From positions 1 to 64,000 of the IMG/VR virus record IMGVR_UViG_3300013286_000501: a DNA stretch of 64,000 nt. One strand, written 5' to 3'. The position numbers and the translations under genes are program-made. Shown one piece after another: positions 34,672 through 44,745 of this stretch (position 1 is the stretch's first letter; each line of letters opens with the position of its first letter). Source of the DNA: a virus. A model generated the notes under the pieces. That model ran no database searches. It was not told where the DNA came from and worked only from the letters and a program-made list of their open reading frames with translations.

Positions 34672-35640
34672 TCAAGATTTAATTTCTTCAAACATACTAG
34701 GATTGAGTGTCGCTGGAACTTTTTTAACTTTAGGAACCTTTTTCTTTTTATGATTAGGAATTTCTCCACGTTCTTTAACACTTAAATGTTTTCCCTCAAG
34801 TGCTAGTTTAGCATCTAACACAGCAGAAAAATCTTTAATTTGCTCATTCTTAATTCTGTCTTCGGCAGTAGTACAGTAGTCGGCACTCAAGTCTATTCCT
34901 AAATAACGACGACCTGTTTTTTCTGCAACAAAGGTAGTCGTTCCTGCTCCATTGAATGGATCTAGAATAACATCATTTTGAAAAGAAAACATCTTTAATG
35001 CCCTGTATGCTAACTCTGTAGGGAACATAGCAGGATGTCCGTAATCTTTCATTTTGTGTTCCGGTGAAATACTCCATTTAGCATCTGCCCAAGTCTTGAA
35101 TTCATTACCTGTAATATCTGCTAGCTTGCTATCACCTTCGTGTTTGAGATCACCTTTGCAAAATACTTCTAAAAATTCCCAGGTATATTTAAAATAAGGA
35201 CCACTTGGACTTTTCCAAGAGCCCCAAGCGCAGTAAGCACAATTCCTATGATTCTTCTCCCATAGGATTTCTGCCTTCCAAATCAATCCTCTCTCCATAA
35301 ATCCTTTAGAAATAAGATGATGACTGGGAATATATTCACTGAACAAGGGTTGTGTATTAACAATGATTCTACCACCGTGTTTAACTACACGGATACATTC
35401 GTCAAATATAGCCCACAACATCTCAAAATATTTTGGCCAATCTGTTTTGTCATTATGCGTATCATACCCCATACCAAAATTATAAGGAGGAGAAGTGAAT
35501 ACCAAATCTACACAATTATCTGGTAATTGCTTTAATACAGACAAACTTTCTGCATTGATAATTTTATTTGTGAATGCCAGCGGAAATTCGTTGTTTGTTT
35601 TTGAAAATTCTTTAGTGTATGATTTGTAACCTTCTGCCAT
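34672..35640 (-). CDS. N4-cytosine/N6-adenine DNA methyltransferase (beta class)
   Basis: FTSPPY, HPAMFP, LDPFNGAGTT; TTGACA-17-TATAAT at 35660-35688. Confidence 0.92.
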   Translation of the reverse strand: MAEGYKSYTKEFSKTNNEFPLAFTNKIINAESLSVLKQLPDNCVDLVFTSPPYNFGMGYDTHNDKTDWPKYFEMLWAIFDECIRVVKHGGRIIVNTQPLFSEYIPSHHLISKGFMERGLIWKAEILWEKNHRNCAYCAWGSWKSPSGPYFKYTWEFLEVFCKGDLKHEGDSKLADITGNEFKTWADAKWSISPEHKMKDYGHPAMFPTELAYRALKMFSFQNDVILDPFNGAGTTTFVAEKTGRRYLGIDLSADYCTTAEDRIKNEQIKDFSAVLDAKLALEGKHLSVKERGEIPNHKKKKVPKVKKVPATLNPSMFEEIKS

Positions 35641-35695
35641 AATGAATCCTTAATTGTTTATTATACTGTAATATTTATATAGTGTCAATGCGGCA

Positions 35696-36547
35696 TTATA
35701 GGTATTGTGTTAGTTCCGGCGGAACGTAAACTCCATTGGAGTCAATTTGAGCTCGAAGGTACACATTACTACTAGCAGTAGATATTTTAATCAAGAAGTC
35801 TTCTTTGGATTTATTGGCCAAATAATTCAAACATATTTTTTCTACCAACTCGAATTTATCTGCATTGAGTTTAGGATATTTCTCATATACACCGTTAGTT
35901 CCACGTTGGCATACCAATAGGCCGCCTGCACCGAATACGTTTTCAACTAAACTAGTTTGACCAACACTTACATTATTGTCAGTAATACACATGCCCAATA
36001 CATTGGGGTTCATTGCCCTTACTCGACGCATAATTCCGTCAACTCCGGTACATGCTGTTTTACAAAAATGACCAGTTTTATCTTCCGCTACAACAATGGG
36101 CATGATGCATCCGTGGGTAGGATCTACTATACCAACACCGCCGTCGACATCTTTAAAACTTGTGGGACCATTGCTCCAACTTTCGACTACTTCTGTATTT
36201 TGAATAAGAGCAAGACTAGTGTTCCATTGGTTCTCAAAGGATTTCCTTACACGTTCAAACACAGGAGCCCATAATTGTTCTGTCCAGCTAGGACTAACTT
36301 TAATTTTTTTATAGGCAAAAATATTGGTTTTATCGCCCTTTTGACTTTGTTCCCAAACAAATTGATCATATGTTTCGATACTTTGGCAATACTTTGCCCA
36401 ATCACCGTCAACGACTGCATTCAACATAGCTTGGGCAACGACTGGATAAAGTTCTTCAGCCTGCCTAGCAAGAACATGATCATTGGCTGTTCGGTTATAA
36501 CCTGTGGTAGGTTTTTTAACTAAATTGATATGATAGTTTGTATCCAT
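35696..36547 (-). CDS. hypothetical protein, candidate restriction endonuclease
   Basis: KDVD..VAEDK (D..ExK-like); adjacent to MTase. Confidence 0.45.
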   Translation of the reverse strand: MDTNYHINLVKKPTTGYNRTANDHVLARQAEELYPVVAQAMLNAVVDGDWAKYCQSIETYDQFVWEQSQKGDKTNIFAYKKIKVSPSWTEQLWAPVFERVRKSFENQWNTSLALIQNTEVVESWSNGPTSFKDVDGGVGIVDPTHGCIMPIVVAEDKTGHFCKTACTGVDGIMRRVRAMNPNVLGMCITDNNVSVGQTSLVENVFGAGGLLVCQRGTNGVYEKYPKLNADKFELVEKICLNYLANKSKEDFLIKISTASSNVYLRAQIDSNGVYVPPELTQYL

Positions 36548-36646
36548 TTTATGCCCTGTATTGTTTCCGTATGTGTATATTATACACGATTTTACCAGAG
36601 CAGTCAAGAGAAAACGGACCTAAAATAGAATCCGTTTTACCAAATA

Positions 36647-36886
36647 TTAGAACATTTTTTTAGGTAGTTCGTTATCGCGTAGCTTCTTTAGCCAACGTGC
36701 CCTTGCAGCACCTTTCTTACGCTTACGTTCGGTAGTGGGTTTTTCAAAGTGAGTACGGGCTTTAAGTTCTTCCAACTTACCCGAATCATCTACACGTTGT
36801 TTAAATTTGCGAAGTGCTACAGGTAAAGGTAAGTCTCCTACCACTATTTTGGAGCCCTGAATTCCTTTGTCTTTATTTCTGCTCAT
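36647..36886 (-). CDS. rpsU: ribosomal protein bS21
   Basis: ALRKFK..V..SG.LEELK.R.HFEKPT.ERKRKK.AA..R. Confidence 0.9.
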   Translation of the reverse strand: MSRNKDKGIQGSKIVVGDLPLPVALRKFKQRVDDSGKLEELKARTHFEKPTTERKRKKGAARARWLKKLRDNELPKKMF

Positions 36887-38099
36887 TTGCTTTCTTATCA
36901 AATATCATTGTAGCAGGCTTTCCGGCTACGGTATCTTTAGTTATCACAATTTTGGTTAAACCACGTTCTACAAGATTAATAGCATCAAATTGATAAGGTA
37001 GCAATGTCTTTTCCAGGATATTTTTAAGACCACGGGCATTAGTTTTAAGTTCTTTGGCCTTTTCTGCAATATAAGTCAATGCCGAATCTTCAAATGTTAA
37101 TTCAATACCATCTAACTCAAAGATATATTGATACTGATTAATTAGGCTATTCTTGGGTTCTTTAAGTACACTGACAAGGCTTTCTATACTCAATTCATCA
37201 ACATTGGTAATAAGTCCAAATCGACCAATAAATTCAGGAATCAATCCGTATTGGATCAAGTCTTTAGTAGTAGCCTGTTGATACAGATCGTTTGATTTAT
37301 TCTTATCAATGATAGCAGAGTGAAATCCCACACTGCGAGCATCTGTGCGCTTTTCAATGATCTTATCTAGTCCAACAAAAGCACCACTGCAAATAAACAA
37401 GATACTACGGGTATCGATCTCTTGCATGTCACTTCCCGGATGTTTACGTTTTCCCGAGAAAGGCACACGCATAATTGATCCTTCGACCATCTTTAGTAAA
37501 GCCTGTTGTACACCTTCACCACTAACATCGCGGGTAATTGATACGTTTTCGCCTTTACGGGCAATCTTATCGATTTCATCAATATAAACAATACCGCGTT
37601 GTGCTTTTTCGATGTCTCCGTCAGCTTCGTTCATTAGGCGTGTTAGGATACTTTCAACGTCATCACCCACATATCCCGCTTCTGTAATGCCAGTGGCATC
37701 ACAAATAGCAAATGGAAGATCTAGGTATTCGGCAATCTTACGTGCCAACATGGTCTTACCACAACCAGTAGGACCTAACATTAGTACGTTGGTCTTTTCT
37801 AGTTTGATTGTTTCACTTGGATTGTTTACACGTTTGAAGTGCTGACTAACTGCTACACTTAGTGCAATTTTAGCATCGTCTTGCCCTATAACATATTCGT
37901 CTAGGAAGTCCTTGATCAGTGATGGATTTAGTGTGGCGGTATCAGATGGAAACTTTTTGATTTTTTCATCTTTTAGTATATCGACACATAGCTCAACACA
38001 GTCGTTACATATTGCACTGTTCTCACCTACAATAAGTTTCTCTACATTCTCTTTGCTTTTTCCGCAAAAGTCACAGGTATGTTCAGGTTGTTTGGCCAC
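36873..38099 (-). CDS. clpX: ATP-dependent Clp protease ATP-binding subunit ClpX
   Basis: Zn finger [44 protein letters not shown] loop. Confidence 0.96.
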   Translation of the reverse strand: MAKQPEHTCDFCGKSKENVEKLIVGENSAICNDCVELCVDILKDEKIKKFPSDTATLNPSLIKDFLDEYVIGQDDAKIALSVAVSQHFKRVNNPSETIKLEKTNVLMLGPTGCGKTMLARKIAEYLDLPFAICDATGITEAGYVGDDVESILTRLMNEADGDIEKAQRGIVYIDEIDKIARKGENVSITRDVSGEGVQQALLKMVEGSIMRVPFSGKRKHPGSDMQEIDTRSILFICSGAFVGLDKIIEKRTDARSVGFHSAIIDKNKSNDLYQQATTKDLIQYGLIPEFIGRFGLITNVDELSIESLVSVLKEPKNSLINQYQYIFELDGIELTFEDSALTYIAEKAKELKTNARGLKNILEKTLLPYQFDAINLVERGLTKIVITKDTVAGKPATMIFDKKANEQK

Positions 38100-38481
38100 T
38101 TAATGCTCTTTCTAAAAATTCTTCTATCTGGTGAACACGGTTACTATTAATATGACTATATACTGCCGCAATATTTTTGTCTGTAGTTTTATAAACGAAA
38201 TTATTCTTTCCCAGCACATAACCACTTAACGCGGAAGTAACATAATTATTTCCATCTAGGTCTATATACTTATGTTCACATGATCCAATGGCATGAAAAA
38301 ACCACGTGACATTTGGTTCACCGTTATAGAAATAGATGTTGATGTTTTCATCTATGTTAGTATCGGACAACCATTTACTAACTGCATCCTGATCTTGTTC
38401 AGATAAGTTTACGAACAGTAGACTAATATTACCGTTCTCAAATATGTCCGGCGGAGTGATTAGTGTAATTTTACCGTTCAT
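38083..38481 (-). CDS. hypothetical phage protein
   Basis: ORF track. Confidence 0.65.
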   Translation of the reverse strand: MNGKITLITPPDIFENGNISLLFVNLSEQDQDAVSKWLSDTNIDENINIYFYNGEPNVTWFFHAIGSCEHKYIDLDGNNYVTSALSGYVLGKNNFVYKTTDKNIAAVYSHINSNRVHQIEEFLERALSGQTT

Positions 38482-39866
38482 ACTCTGGCCTTAACTTCTG
38501 CCATCAATGATTCGGGTACTTCATCCATTGTCATCTTACCTTGTCTAACCAATTCTGCAATTTCATTAACGTGCAACTCAATCTTATCTTGGCTGGCCTG
38601 CATATATTCCTCATGCGATATAACACCTGTCCATAGACTACTTTCTTGTTGTTCCTCATTCTGAACAAACAATGGCTCATCTAGATAGGTGTCGTCCACT
38701 AGTGGGTTATGTACTGCTGAACGATCATCCATACTGTCGAGTTCTGGCTTGTATACTAGCGGCGTAAGATTTTCAAAATGTGCGAAACCTTTTGTCAAGT
38801 AAGGGTGTTGTTCTAGTAGGGTTGGTTCTCTCACCGGAGTTAACGCTTCTATAACTTCTTCAACCTCTGCATCTGTACCAGGATACGGAACAGGGATTTC
38901 ATCGAACATCCAACCTATGGGATGTGGATCGGATTCTGTGACAGTGGCTGTGCTGACTACATAAGATTTCTTTTCAGGGCTGTCACCCTCCGTGGCTTTT
39001 AGTTCTTCCGCAGTGGGTTTTTCAAAATCCTCAAATGTGTATCTTCCTAGATTATCTTCTGCGATCTGATCAAAATCGCGTTGTTCCAACCGCTTTCTAA
39101 AGTCCTGGAAACTGATCTGACTAGACAACAATAGGATAACAGCCATAGGATCAAACACTACAATCAATGTAATGATAACCCAGGTCACTGCTTTCTCTAG
39201 TATGCCTTCATTAGTCTCACCATAGACAAATGCTGCAATATATTTTATCGGACCAACTTCTGCTTCCACCTTGCGTACTTCAGCGGCGATGGGTGCCCGT
39301 TCTTCACTAAGCTGGGTAATTGTTTTCTGTTCGGTGGTAATCTCATAAAGTAATCTAGTGCGTTCTTTGGCCTGCCCTCTACGGAGCGCAACTGCCTTGT
39401 CCGCACCCTTTTCATCTTGACTTCGACCCATAACTTGGTCCACAGACTCATCCATCTGTTTGAGCGCCTTGCGATTAGCATCGATATTTTCCTTTGCTGT
39501 TTTAATCTTTTCGTCATACACACTAATCTTTGCCTGGACATCACCACTGACTAGACTTTGGTCACTGTGTGCTTTACTCAAGAATCCAAAGATACCCATG
39601 CTGGTGACCATCATGAGTACTATGATAGCGGCAAATAGATAGCCTCGCATAGTCCACGGGGCAATCTTCCAGTTTTGTTTTAGCCACAATGTAGCAGTGA
39701 CTTTACCCAGGCCCAATGCTATTCCCATAATAACAACGGGGATAACTGCGGCAGAGAAAATAGCGGTAAGGCCGAGAATACTATAATACTCTGCGACCAA
39801 GGATAGGAACAGTCCGCTAAACAGTGCTAGGTAGGCGAGGAACTTTTCATTTAATGTTGGTTTCAT
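38478..39866 (-). CDS. multi-TM coiled-coil membrane protein
   Basis: Several TM helices, TSMGIFGFLSKAH, coiled coil, acidic tail; TATAAATA upstream. Confidence 0.7.
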   Translation of the reverse strand: MKPTLNEKFLAYLALFSGLFLSLVAEYYSILGLTAIFSAAVIPVVIMGIALGLGKVTATLWLKQNWKIAPWTMRGYLFAAIIVLMMVTSMGIFGFLSKAHSDQSLVSGDVQAKISVYDEKIKTAKENIDANRKALKQMDESVDQVMGRSQDEKGADKAVALRRGQAKERTRLLYEITTEQKTITQLSEERAPIAAEVRKVEAEVGPIKYIAAFVYGETNEGILEKAVTWVIITLIVVFDPMAVILLLSSQISFQDFRKRLEQRDFDQIAEDNLGRYTFEDFEKPTAEELKATEGDSPEKKSYVVSTATVTESDPHPIGWMFDEIPVPYPGTDAEVEEVIEALTPVREPTLLEQHPYLTKGFAHFENLTPLVYKPELDSMDDRSAVHNPLVDDTYLDEPLFVQNEEQQESSLWTGVISHEEYMQASQDKIELHVNEIAELVRQGKMTMDEVPESLMAEVKARV

Positions 39867-39874
39867 AAGGTTAT

Positions 39875-40402
39875 TTATAACCAGTCAAACAATCCCGTAG
39901 ATCTCATTAGGGGAGTCTTCTTGATAGCAATAGTTTGAATTTTATTTCCTATAGGTCTATGCCCGTGATTTTTTACGTGAGACTCAACTAATTCGTCTTC
40001 GATACGTTGCAGTTCAGCACGAGGATTGTCAATTTCAAAAGGAGCAAGAGTATAATCCATCATAGTTAGCACTACATCATTCTTGTCAAATACTACATTA
40101 AATGTAGTTTCTATTTTGTTGATAATTTCGTCAATGTCTGCTTTTGTAGACGGCCCCCGTTTAAGATTCGGCTTTTCCCAACCGGGCATGTGTCCTGCCT
40201 GTGTATATGCACGTTCACCGTAATCATTTCCGCCATGTCCGAATTTATGTTGGATACCGTATTTTAATATGTAACCTTTCCATGTAAAACAATAAACATA
40301 GATTTGTATATCTTGTGACCGACAGAACCTCATGATATCTGTATAGTCATTGATATTTTTAAAATCTAAAGTGTAGGTAGCCGGAATATATTTTGTAATC
40401 AT
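39875..40402 (-). CDS. hypothetical protein, possible GIY-YIG-like nuclease
   Basis: YVY..ILKYG..R..E..L..N pattern. Confidence 0.4.
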   Translation of the reverse strand: MITKYIPATYTLDFKNINDYTDIMRFCRSQDIQIYVYCFTWKGYILKYGIQHKFGHGGNDYGERAYTQAGHMPGWEKPNLKRGPSTKADIDEIINKIETTFNVVFDKNDVVLTMMDYTLAPFEIDNPRAELQRIEDELVESHVKNHGHRPIGNKIQTIAIKKTPLMRSTGLFDWL

Positions 40403-40782
40403 CGTCGCATCCTTGAAATGTTAATTGCTTCTTCATCACTAAACACTGGTACAGCGTTTGACTTGTGCATGGTTCCGATGCCTAGAATTTTAGTCCCAGT
40501 GTACTGGGGAATATCTTTGGTGCGAACTGCACCTGTATGTCCTGTATCGCGACTAGGCATACGAGTGGTCTCGCGGCCTGACAGCGTATAGACAAGTGGT
40601 TCGGCCGACATGGCTCGCTTGCGTTTTTTATCTTCGGCCTCTACTGCCCACTTCTTCTGTAGTTGTTTCCAGGCCTCATCTAACTCGCGGGCCTTCTTTG
40701 CCTCTTCGGCATTGCGGAACTTGACCTTGCCACGCTTCTTACCAACGGTAGAGAGCCAAGGTCCTTCAAGATGCATTGTCAT
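40399..40782 (-). CDS. conserved-type hypothetical phage protein
   Basis: YTG.KILGIGTMHKSNAVPVF motif. Confidence 0.7.
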   Translation of the reverse strand: MTMHLEGPWLSTVGKKRGKVKFRNAEEAKKARELDEAWKQLQKKWAVEAEDKKRKRAMSAEPLVYTLSGRETTRMPSRDTGHTGAVRTKDIPQYTGTKILGIGTMHKSNAVPVFSDEEAINISRMRR

Positions 40783-41027
40783 TATTCGTCCTGTTCGTTT
40801 GTAAGTTGATCTCGAAATACCTGCAACTGCTGAATCAAATTATCAACACCTGTCCTATTCATTGTAAGCTCACTATAGCCTACTTGTAAAGATACAGTAT
40901 TGTCATCTGTCACGCCGATACGATAAAAGACTTTTGTTTCGGATTTGGGAGGCGGCATCTTCGGCGGCTCTGGAAACTTGACTACATTACTGTATTCACG
41001 TTTTCTAAAAAAATCAAAATCAAACAT
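40782..41027 (-). CDS. hypothetical protein
   Basis: ORF track. Confidence 0.55.
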   Translation of the reverse strand: MFDFDFFRKREYSNVVKFPEPPKMPPPKSETKVFYRIGVTDDNTVSLQVGYSELTMNRTGVDNLIQQLQVFRDQLTNEQDE

Positions 41028-41355
41028 GGGCTTCTTCTAATTTGGGGAAGTCAATAGGGTTGTTTGTATTTGTTGAGTGAGGTTCGAATGTCATCTGAAC
41101 CTTACGGGGCAGGCCTGTCCAACGCTGGATTACACCGTTCGGAGCAATCTTAATACTTCCAGCTACTACCCAAATCTTACTACCACTGGCATCTGTGCCT
41201 GCTAACTTTCGTACTACCCCGTTGATCAGTCCGCTTGCAGTATCCTTGCCGCGATTCCAATGATAGGTAGTACCCTTGTTTGTCCAAACTTGCTCATCGC
41301 CACTATCGGCTAGGCAATGTTGTTTAACTTTGTTCAATGTGTATTCAGCGTTCAT
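41020..41355 (-). CDS. hypothetical protein
   Basis: SD AGGAGG; ORF track. Confidence 0.6.
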   Translation of the reverse strand: MNAEYTLNKVKQHCLADSGDEQVWTNKGTTYHWNRGKDTASGLINGVVRKLAGTDASGSKIWVVAGSIKIAPNGVIQRWTGLPRKVQMTFEPHSTNTNNPIDFPKLEEAHV

Positions 41356-41473
41356 AGAACCTCCTAATGTGTATGTCTATGTTAATATTATACGGTAAAT
41401 CCAGTATTCACGCAAGAGGAATTTTTACCAAAAGAAAACCCACCGAAGCGGGTTTAATTGGGTTTCTGATATT

Positions 41474-42028
41474 TTAGAAACTAACTTTTAGACCTAGGCC
41501 CAAAGCGTTTTCTTGGATGTCTTGATAGCTCTTGCTTGCGTTAACATTAATTGCAACATTCTTGGCAACTGGAATGCTGTAGGTAGCAAATGCCAAAGTC
41601 TGTTTTGTGCGAGTGTGCTCATCACTACCGACACGAGTCTTAACACCAACTAGTGCAAAGCCTGGGCCAACTGGCAAGCCAGCAGTAGCGCCAACTAGAC
41701 CGTATGTGTAAGGAGCGCCCTTAACACCGTTGAAGCCATTGTCATGACCAACACCAACGAATGGAGTAACACCTGCAAAGCCAATTTTGTTGTTAGCGGC
41801 AGTTACTTCTGTGCTGTTTACCAAACCACCAGTTTTGAAGTTAGCAGTGCGAGACTGTAAACCCAATTGGTAGTCGCCGAAGCCTTTACCAGCACGAACA
41901 TATTGTGCTGTGCTGTCTTTTCCACCCTTAAGACCTGTGACTGCATCAACGTCGACAGATACATAATCAGCGGCTGCTGCCATACCGGCTGCTAGAGCAA
42001 TGGCTGTTGCGATTGCGATTTTTTTCAT
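41474..42028 (-). CDS. outer-membrane beta-barrel protein
   Basis: Signal peptide, amphipathic strands, C-terminal LGLKVSF. Confidence 0.75.
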   Translation of the reverse strand: MKKIAIATAIALAAGMAAAADYVSVDVDAVTGLKGGKDSTAQYVRAGKGFGDYQLGLQSRTANFKTGGLVNSTEVTAANNKIGFAGVTPFVGVGHDNGFNGVKGAPYTYGLVGATAGLPVGPGFALVGVKTRVGSDEHTRTKQTLAFATYSIPVAKNVAINVNASKSYQDIQENALGLGLKVSF

Positions 42029-42140
42029 ATATGAAATTTCCTTTAAAGAATGACTGTGTGTCATTGAACTATTATTTACTCTTTAGGCATAAAGGTCAAG
42101 AAAAAAGGCAATAAAATTGCCTTCTTTGAGCAAATTTGGA

Positions 42141-42713
42141 TTAAAATGCGTATTTTAATCCAGCAGTTACTCTATTACCGTTAAAGACACTAACAGTAGA
42201 CTGTCCGACCTGACGAGTAAAATCACCTGTCAAGTATACGTTTTTCATAACCGGAATGTCAACTCCGAGACCAGCAGTGGCTGCAAGTCCGGTATGGCTG
42301 TATGTATTATGTGTTAGAGAATACCTAGTGCTAACTGGATCAGTAACTAGTATGGCGCCGCCTACCTTTGCCACTAGTAATACTCCACGTACATTGGCTA
42401 GATCGAATGAAGTGATTAAACTATAACGATCTTGTTTAATATCTGGTAACAGCCCATCGCTGTCAACAGTTACGGGGTAACCCCCGGTTGATCGGCTATA
42501 ACCCGCAGTCAATGCAAATCGTCCAATCTGGTGTCCTACAGTAATTCCAAACTCGTTACGATTAGCACCTTGGTTACAACTCCTTGGGCCAACAACAAAT
42601 CCACAACTGCCAGTAGCAGAAGATAAATCTCGACCACCGATGATGCCAACTTCAACAGCATTGGATGCCATTGTAAATGCTGCCATTAACGATGCGATAA
42701 TTAATTTTTTCAT
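42141..42713 (-). CDS. OmpA-like outer-membrane beta-barrel protein
   Basis: Signal peptide, C-terminal AGLKYAF. Confidence 0.75.
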   Translation of the reverse strand: MKKLIIASLMAAFTMASNAVEVGIIGGRDLSSATGSCGFVVGPRSCNQGANRNEFGITVGHQIGRFALTAGYSRSTGGYPVTVDSDGLLPDIKQDRYSLITSFDLANVRGVLLVAKVGGAILVTDPVSTRYSLTHNTYSHTGLAATAGLGVDIPVMKNVYLTGDFTRQVGQSTVSVFNGNRVTAGLKYAF

Positions 42714-42789
42714 TATACTTCCTTTGTAATCTATACAGACTGTATAGTGTAGATATTTAATCAAAAGAAAAGCACCCAAAGGTGCTTTC

Positions 42790-43070
42790 TGGTTGTTTTG
42801 GTAACAAGGTAAGTCCTACCTCGGAGATCAAGCGGCTAGCGCCCAGACCTCATCGTTAGATGCGTTTGCATTTAGGTTTTTTGTGTCTTTGACCGGGTTC
42901 CCCCAATCCTAACGGCTTCTACATTGCCGGACAGTCCATTTCATTACTCTTGACCCAATCGATCCTGTGTCATCCCCACCTAAATATACAGCATACACTT
43001 AGGTGGAGATGTCGGGCACTGCCCCCGAGTCTTGAATCCTTTTCAATCTACTTCATACCATCATAACTTT
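42790..43070 (-). ncRNA. ssrA: circularly permuted (two-piece) tmRNA; outer ends approximate
   Basis: 3' acceptor half (TCGGG-GGCAGTG-CCCGA-CATCTCC-ACC, ends near 43002) precedes 5' half GGGGATG (starts 42977); G3:U70; tag ANASNDEVWALAA* at 42828-42869. Confidence 0.9.
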
Positions 43071-43075
43071 ACTTA

Positions 43076-43276
43076 TCATTTTACAAATCTCGGCATACGA
43101 TCTTCGGTGCCAGCGTATTGAAAGTTATCCAACATAGGCACAAGACTGGCCATGTCACTGGCAGGGTGGCGATAAATTTCTTTTAAGTCGGCACCGTCGA
43201 TCAACATGAAATACAACTTGGTTGTACCTTCATCAACTTGTGGCTTAAAAATATATTCCAAATCTTCTAAAATCAT
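43076..43276 (-). CDS. hypothetical protein
   Basis: ORF track with SD AAGGA. Confidence 0.55.
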   Translation of the reverse strand: MILEDLEYIFKPQVDEGTTKLYFMLIDGADLKEIYRHPASDMASLVPMLDNFQYAGTEDRMPRFVK

Positions 43277-43529
43277 AATGTTTCCTTAATAACACACCAA
43301 ATGAAAGAGCACTTGCATACCTTCTAGGGCATATACAACCCGTTTACAACTATACAACCTTACGCCTCTTTCCTGACCCAGGCTTCTCAGTGTGTGTTAA
43401 ATTTACTCATCATAGGGTTTCAAAAAATCGTCTCCCTCTGAATCTTCATCAAACTTTGACCAATCGTAAGTAGCTACGGCGTAGGCCCAATATCCTACCA
43501 ATCCGATCATTATTACTACCAGTAATAGA

Positions 43530-43844
43530 TTACTGAGAACAGGTGCGTTCACGGTAAATTGTTCCATCAGAATTTTGTATCTCTCTCCATTCTGTACAAA
43601 CGGTTTGACGTTGAATAATCACCGACTGCGGTTGTTGCACCACTACAGGAGGTTGTTGGACTACTACTGGAGCAGATTCTCTGGCAATTACTGCACCTGC
43701 AATACCGCCAAGGATCAAAGGTGCAACCCAACCACCTCCACCATAGTAGCCGCCGCGGTATCCACCGTAGCCATGATGGTGCCACTGTGCCATTGCGGGC
43801 AAGGTGGCCAATGTCAATACTGCAACTGCTAATACTTTTTTCAT
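43530..43844 (-). CDS. secreted Gly/Tyr-rich small protein
   Basis: Signal peptide, GYGGY repeats, glycine zipper, terminal Cys pair. Confidence 0.65.
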   Translation of the reverse strand: MKKVLAVAVLTLATLPAMAQWHHHGYGGYRGGYYGGGGWVAPLILGGIAGAVIARESAPVVVQQPPVVVQQPQSVIIQRQTVCTEWREIQNSDGTIYRERTCSQ

Positions 43845-43957
43845 AACTATCTCCAAAAATGTGACGGAATCCGAAGGGCTTGTGGAGTCTCCGCCTAACC
43901 TTCAAGGGCCTCTCACCCTGACAACCTGCTACGCAGATTTACCCCTTCCGGCGTATA

Positions 43958-44425
43958 TTATTTAACACTTTGCGTCTCTGCGGTCAATTTACACATCAAC
44001 ATAAAATGATCATATGCTTTACGCACAGCCTCATTTTGTAATAACTTTTCAGCTTCTACTGCCATGGCCTTAACACCTTCCTCGGCAATCTCACGAGCAC
44101 TAGGTATTTCGATATAGTAGCGATCGTTATCAAATGCTTTGGCCAATGCCGCCCAGGCCTTGCGTTGTTTTTCAGTAATGGGCTTGTTATGTGGCCGCAT
44201 TTCACTAGCCCGGACCACTGCCTTACTGATAGCATCCTCTGCAACACGACCGGCAGCAATCATTGGAGCATATGCTGCATCAATGTTAAAGCGACGACTA
44301 GACCCCCCAGGATAACACATAACCAAGTGATTACCTTTTGGAAAACTGTCGAGGTAATCATTGTCGTATTCAGCCACTGGAACATATCTACAACCAATTT
44401 TTTCATAGTAGATCTTCTTTGTCAT
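43958..44425 (-). CDS. hypothetical phage protein
   Basis: ORF track. Confidence 0.65.
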   Translation of the reverse strand: MTKKIYYEKIGCRYVPVAEYDNDYLDSFPKGNHLVMCYPGGSSRRFNIDAAYAPMIAAGRVAEDAISKAVVRASEMRPHNKPITEKQRKAWAALAKAFDNDRYYIEIPSAREIAEEGVKAMAVEAEKLLQNEAVRKAYDHFMLMCKLTAETQSVK

Positions 44426-44702
44426 TACTCAATCCGTTACTGTGCCGATCTGTGATCTTTTCCACATCTTGGAAAAGTCGTCTTTCCTGTAGTGTGGGCT
44501 CGTTAAAAAACTTTCGAGGATTGCCGCACATAACACAGTTTGGATCACCACAGGTAGTTCCACTTAATTTGTGTAAACGATGCGCTTCATCGTTCTTAAC
44601 TGGAAAGCCGTGTGCTTTGGCAATCTTTACCTGTTTGGCAATATGTGCATCGTCCTTGAGTAGACGCTTACTGTGTTTGAACTTGTCTTGCTCTATACTC
44701 AT
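44403..44702 (-). CDS. hypothetical phage protein (Cys cluster CG..C.MCGNPR)
   Basis: ORF track; SD GAGG. Confidence 0.65.
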   Translation of the reverse strand: MSIEQDKFKHSKRLLKDDAHIAKQVKIAKAHGFPVKNDEAHRLHKLSGTTCGDPNCVMCGNPRKFFNEPTLQERRLFQDVEKITDRHSNGLSNDKEDLL

Positions 44703-44745
44703 CTGCTACCTCTTTCATATAGTATAGCATCTTGTTGGTTGTTGG

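Noticed and set aside
22260-38099. Bacterial chromosome origin suggested by dnaK, clpS, clpX, rpsU
   Set aside because: Usual partners (dnaJ/grpE, clpA, clpP, dnaG) are not adjacent, and the context is phage hypotheticals, late promoters and virion genes
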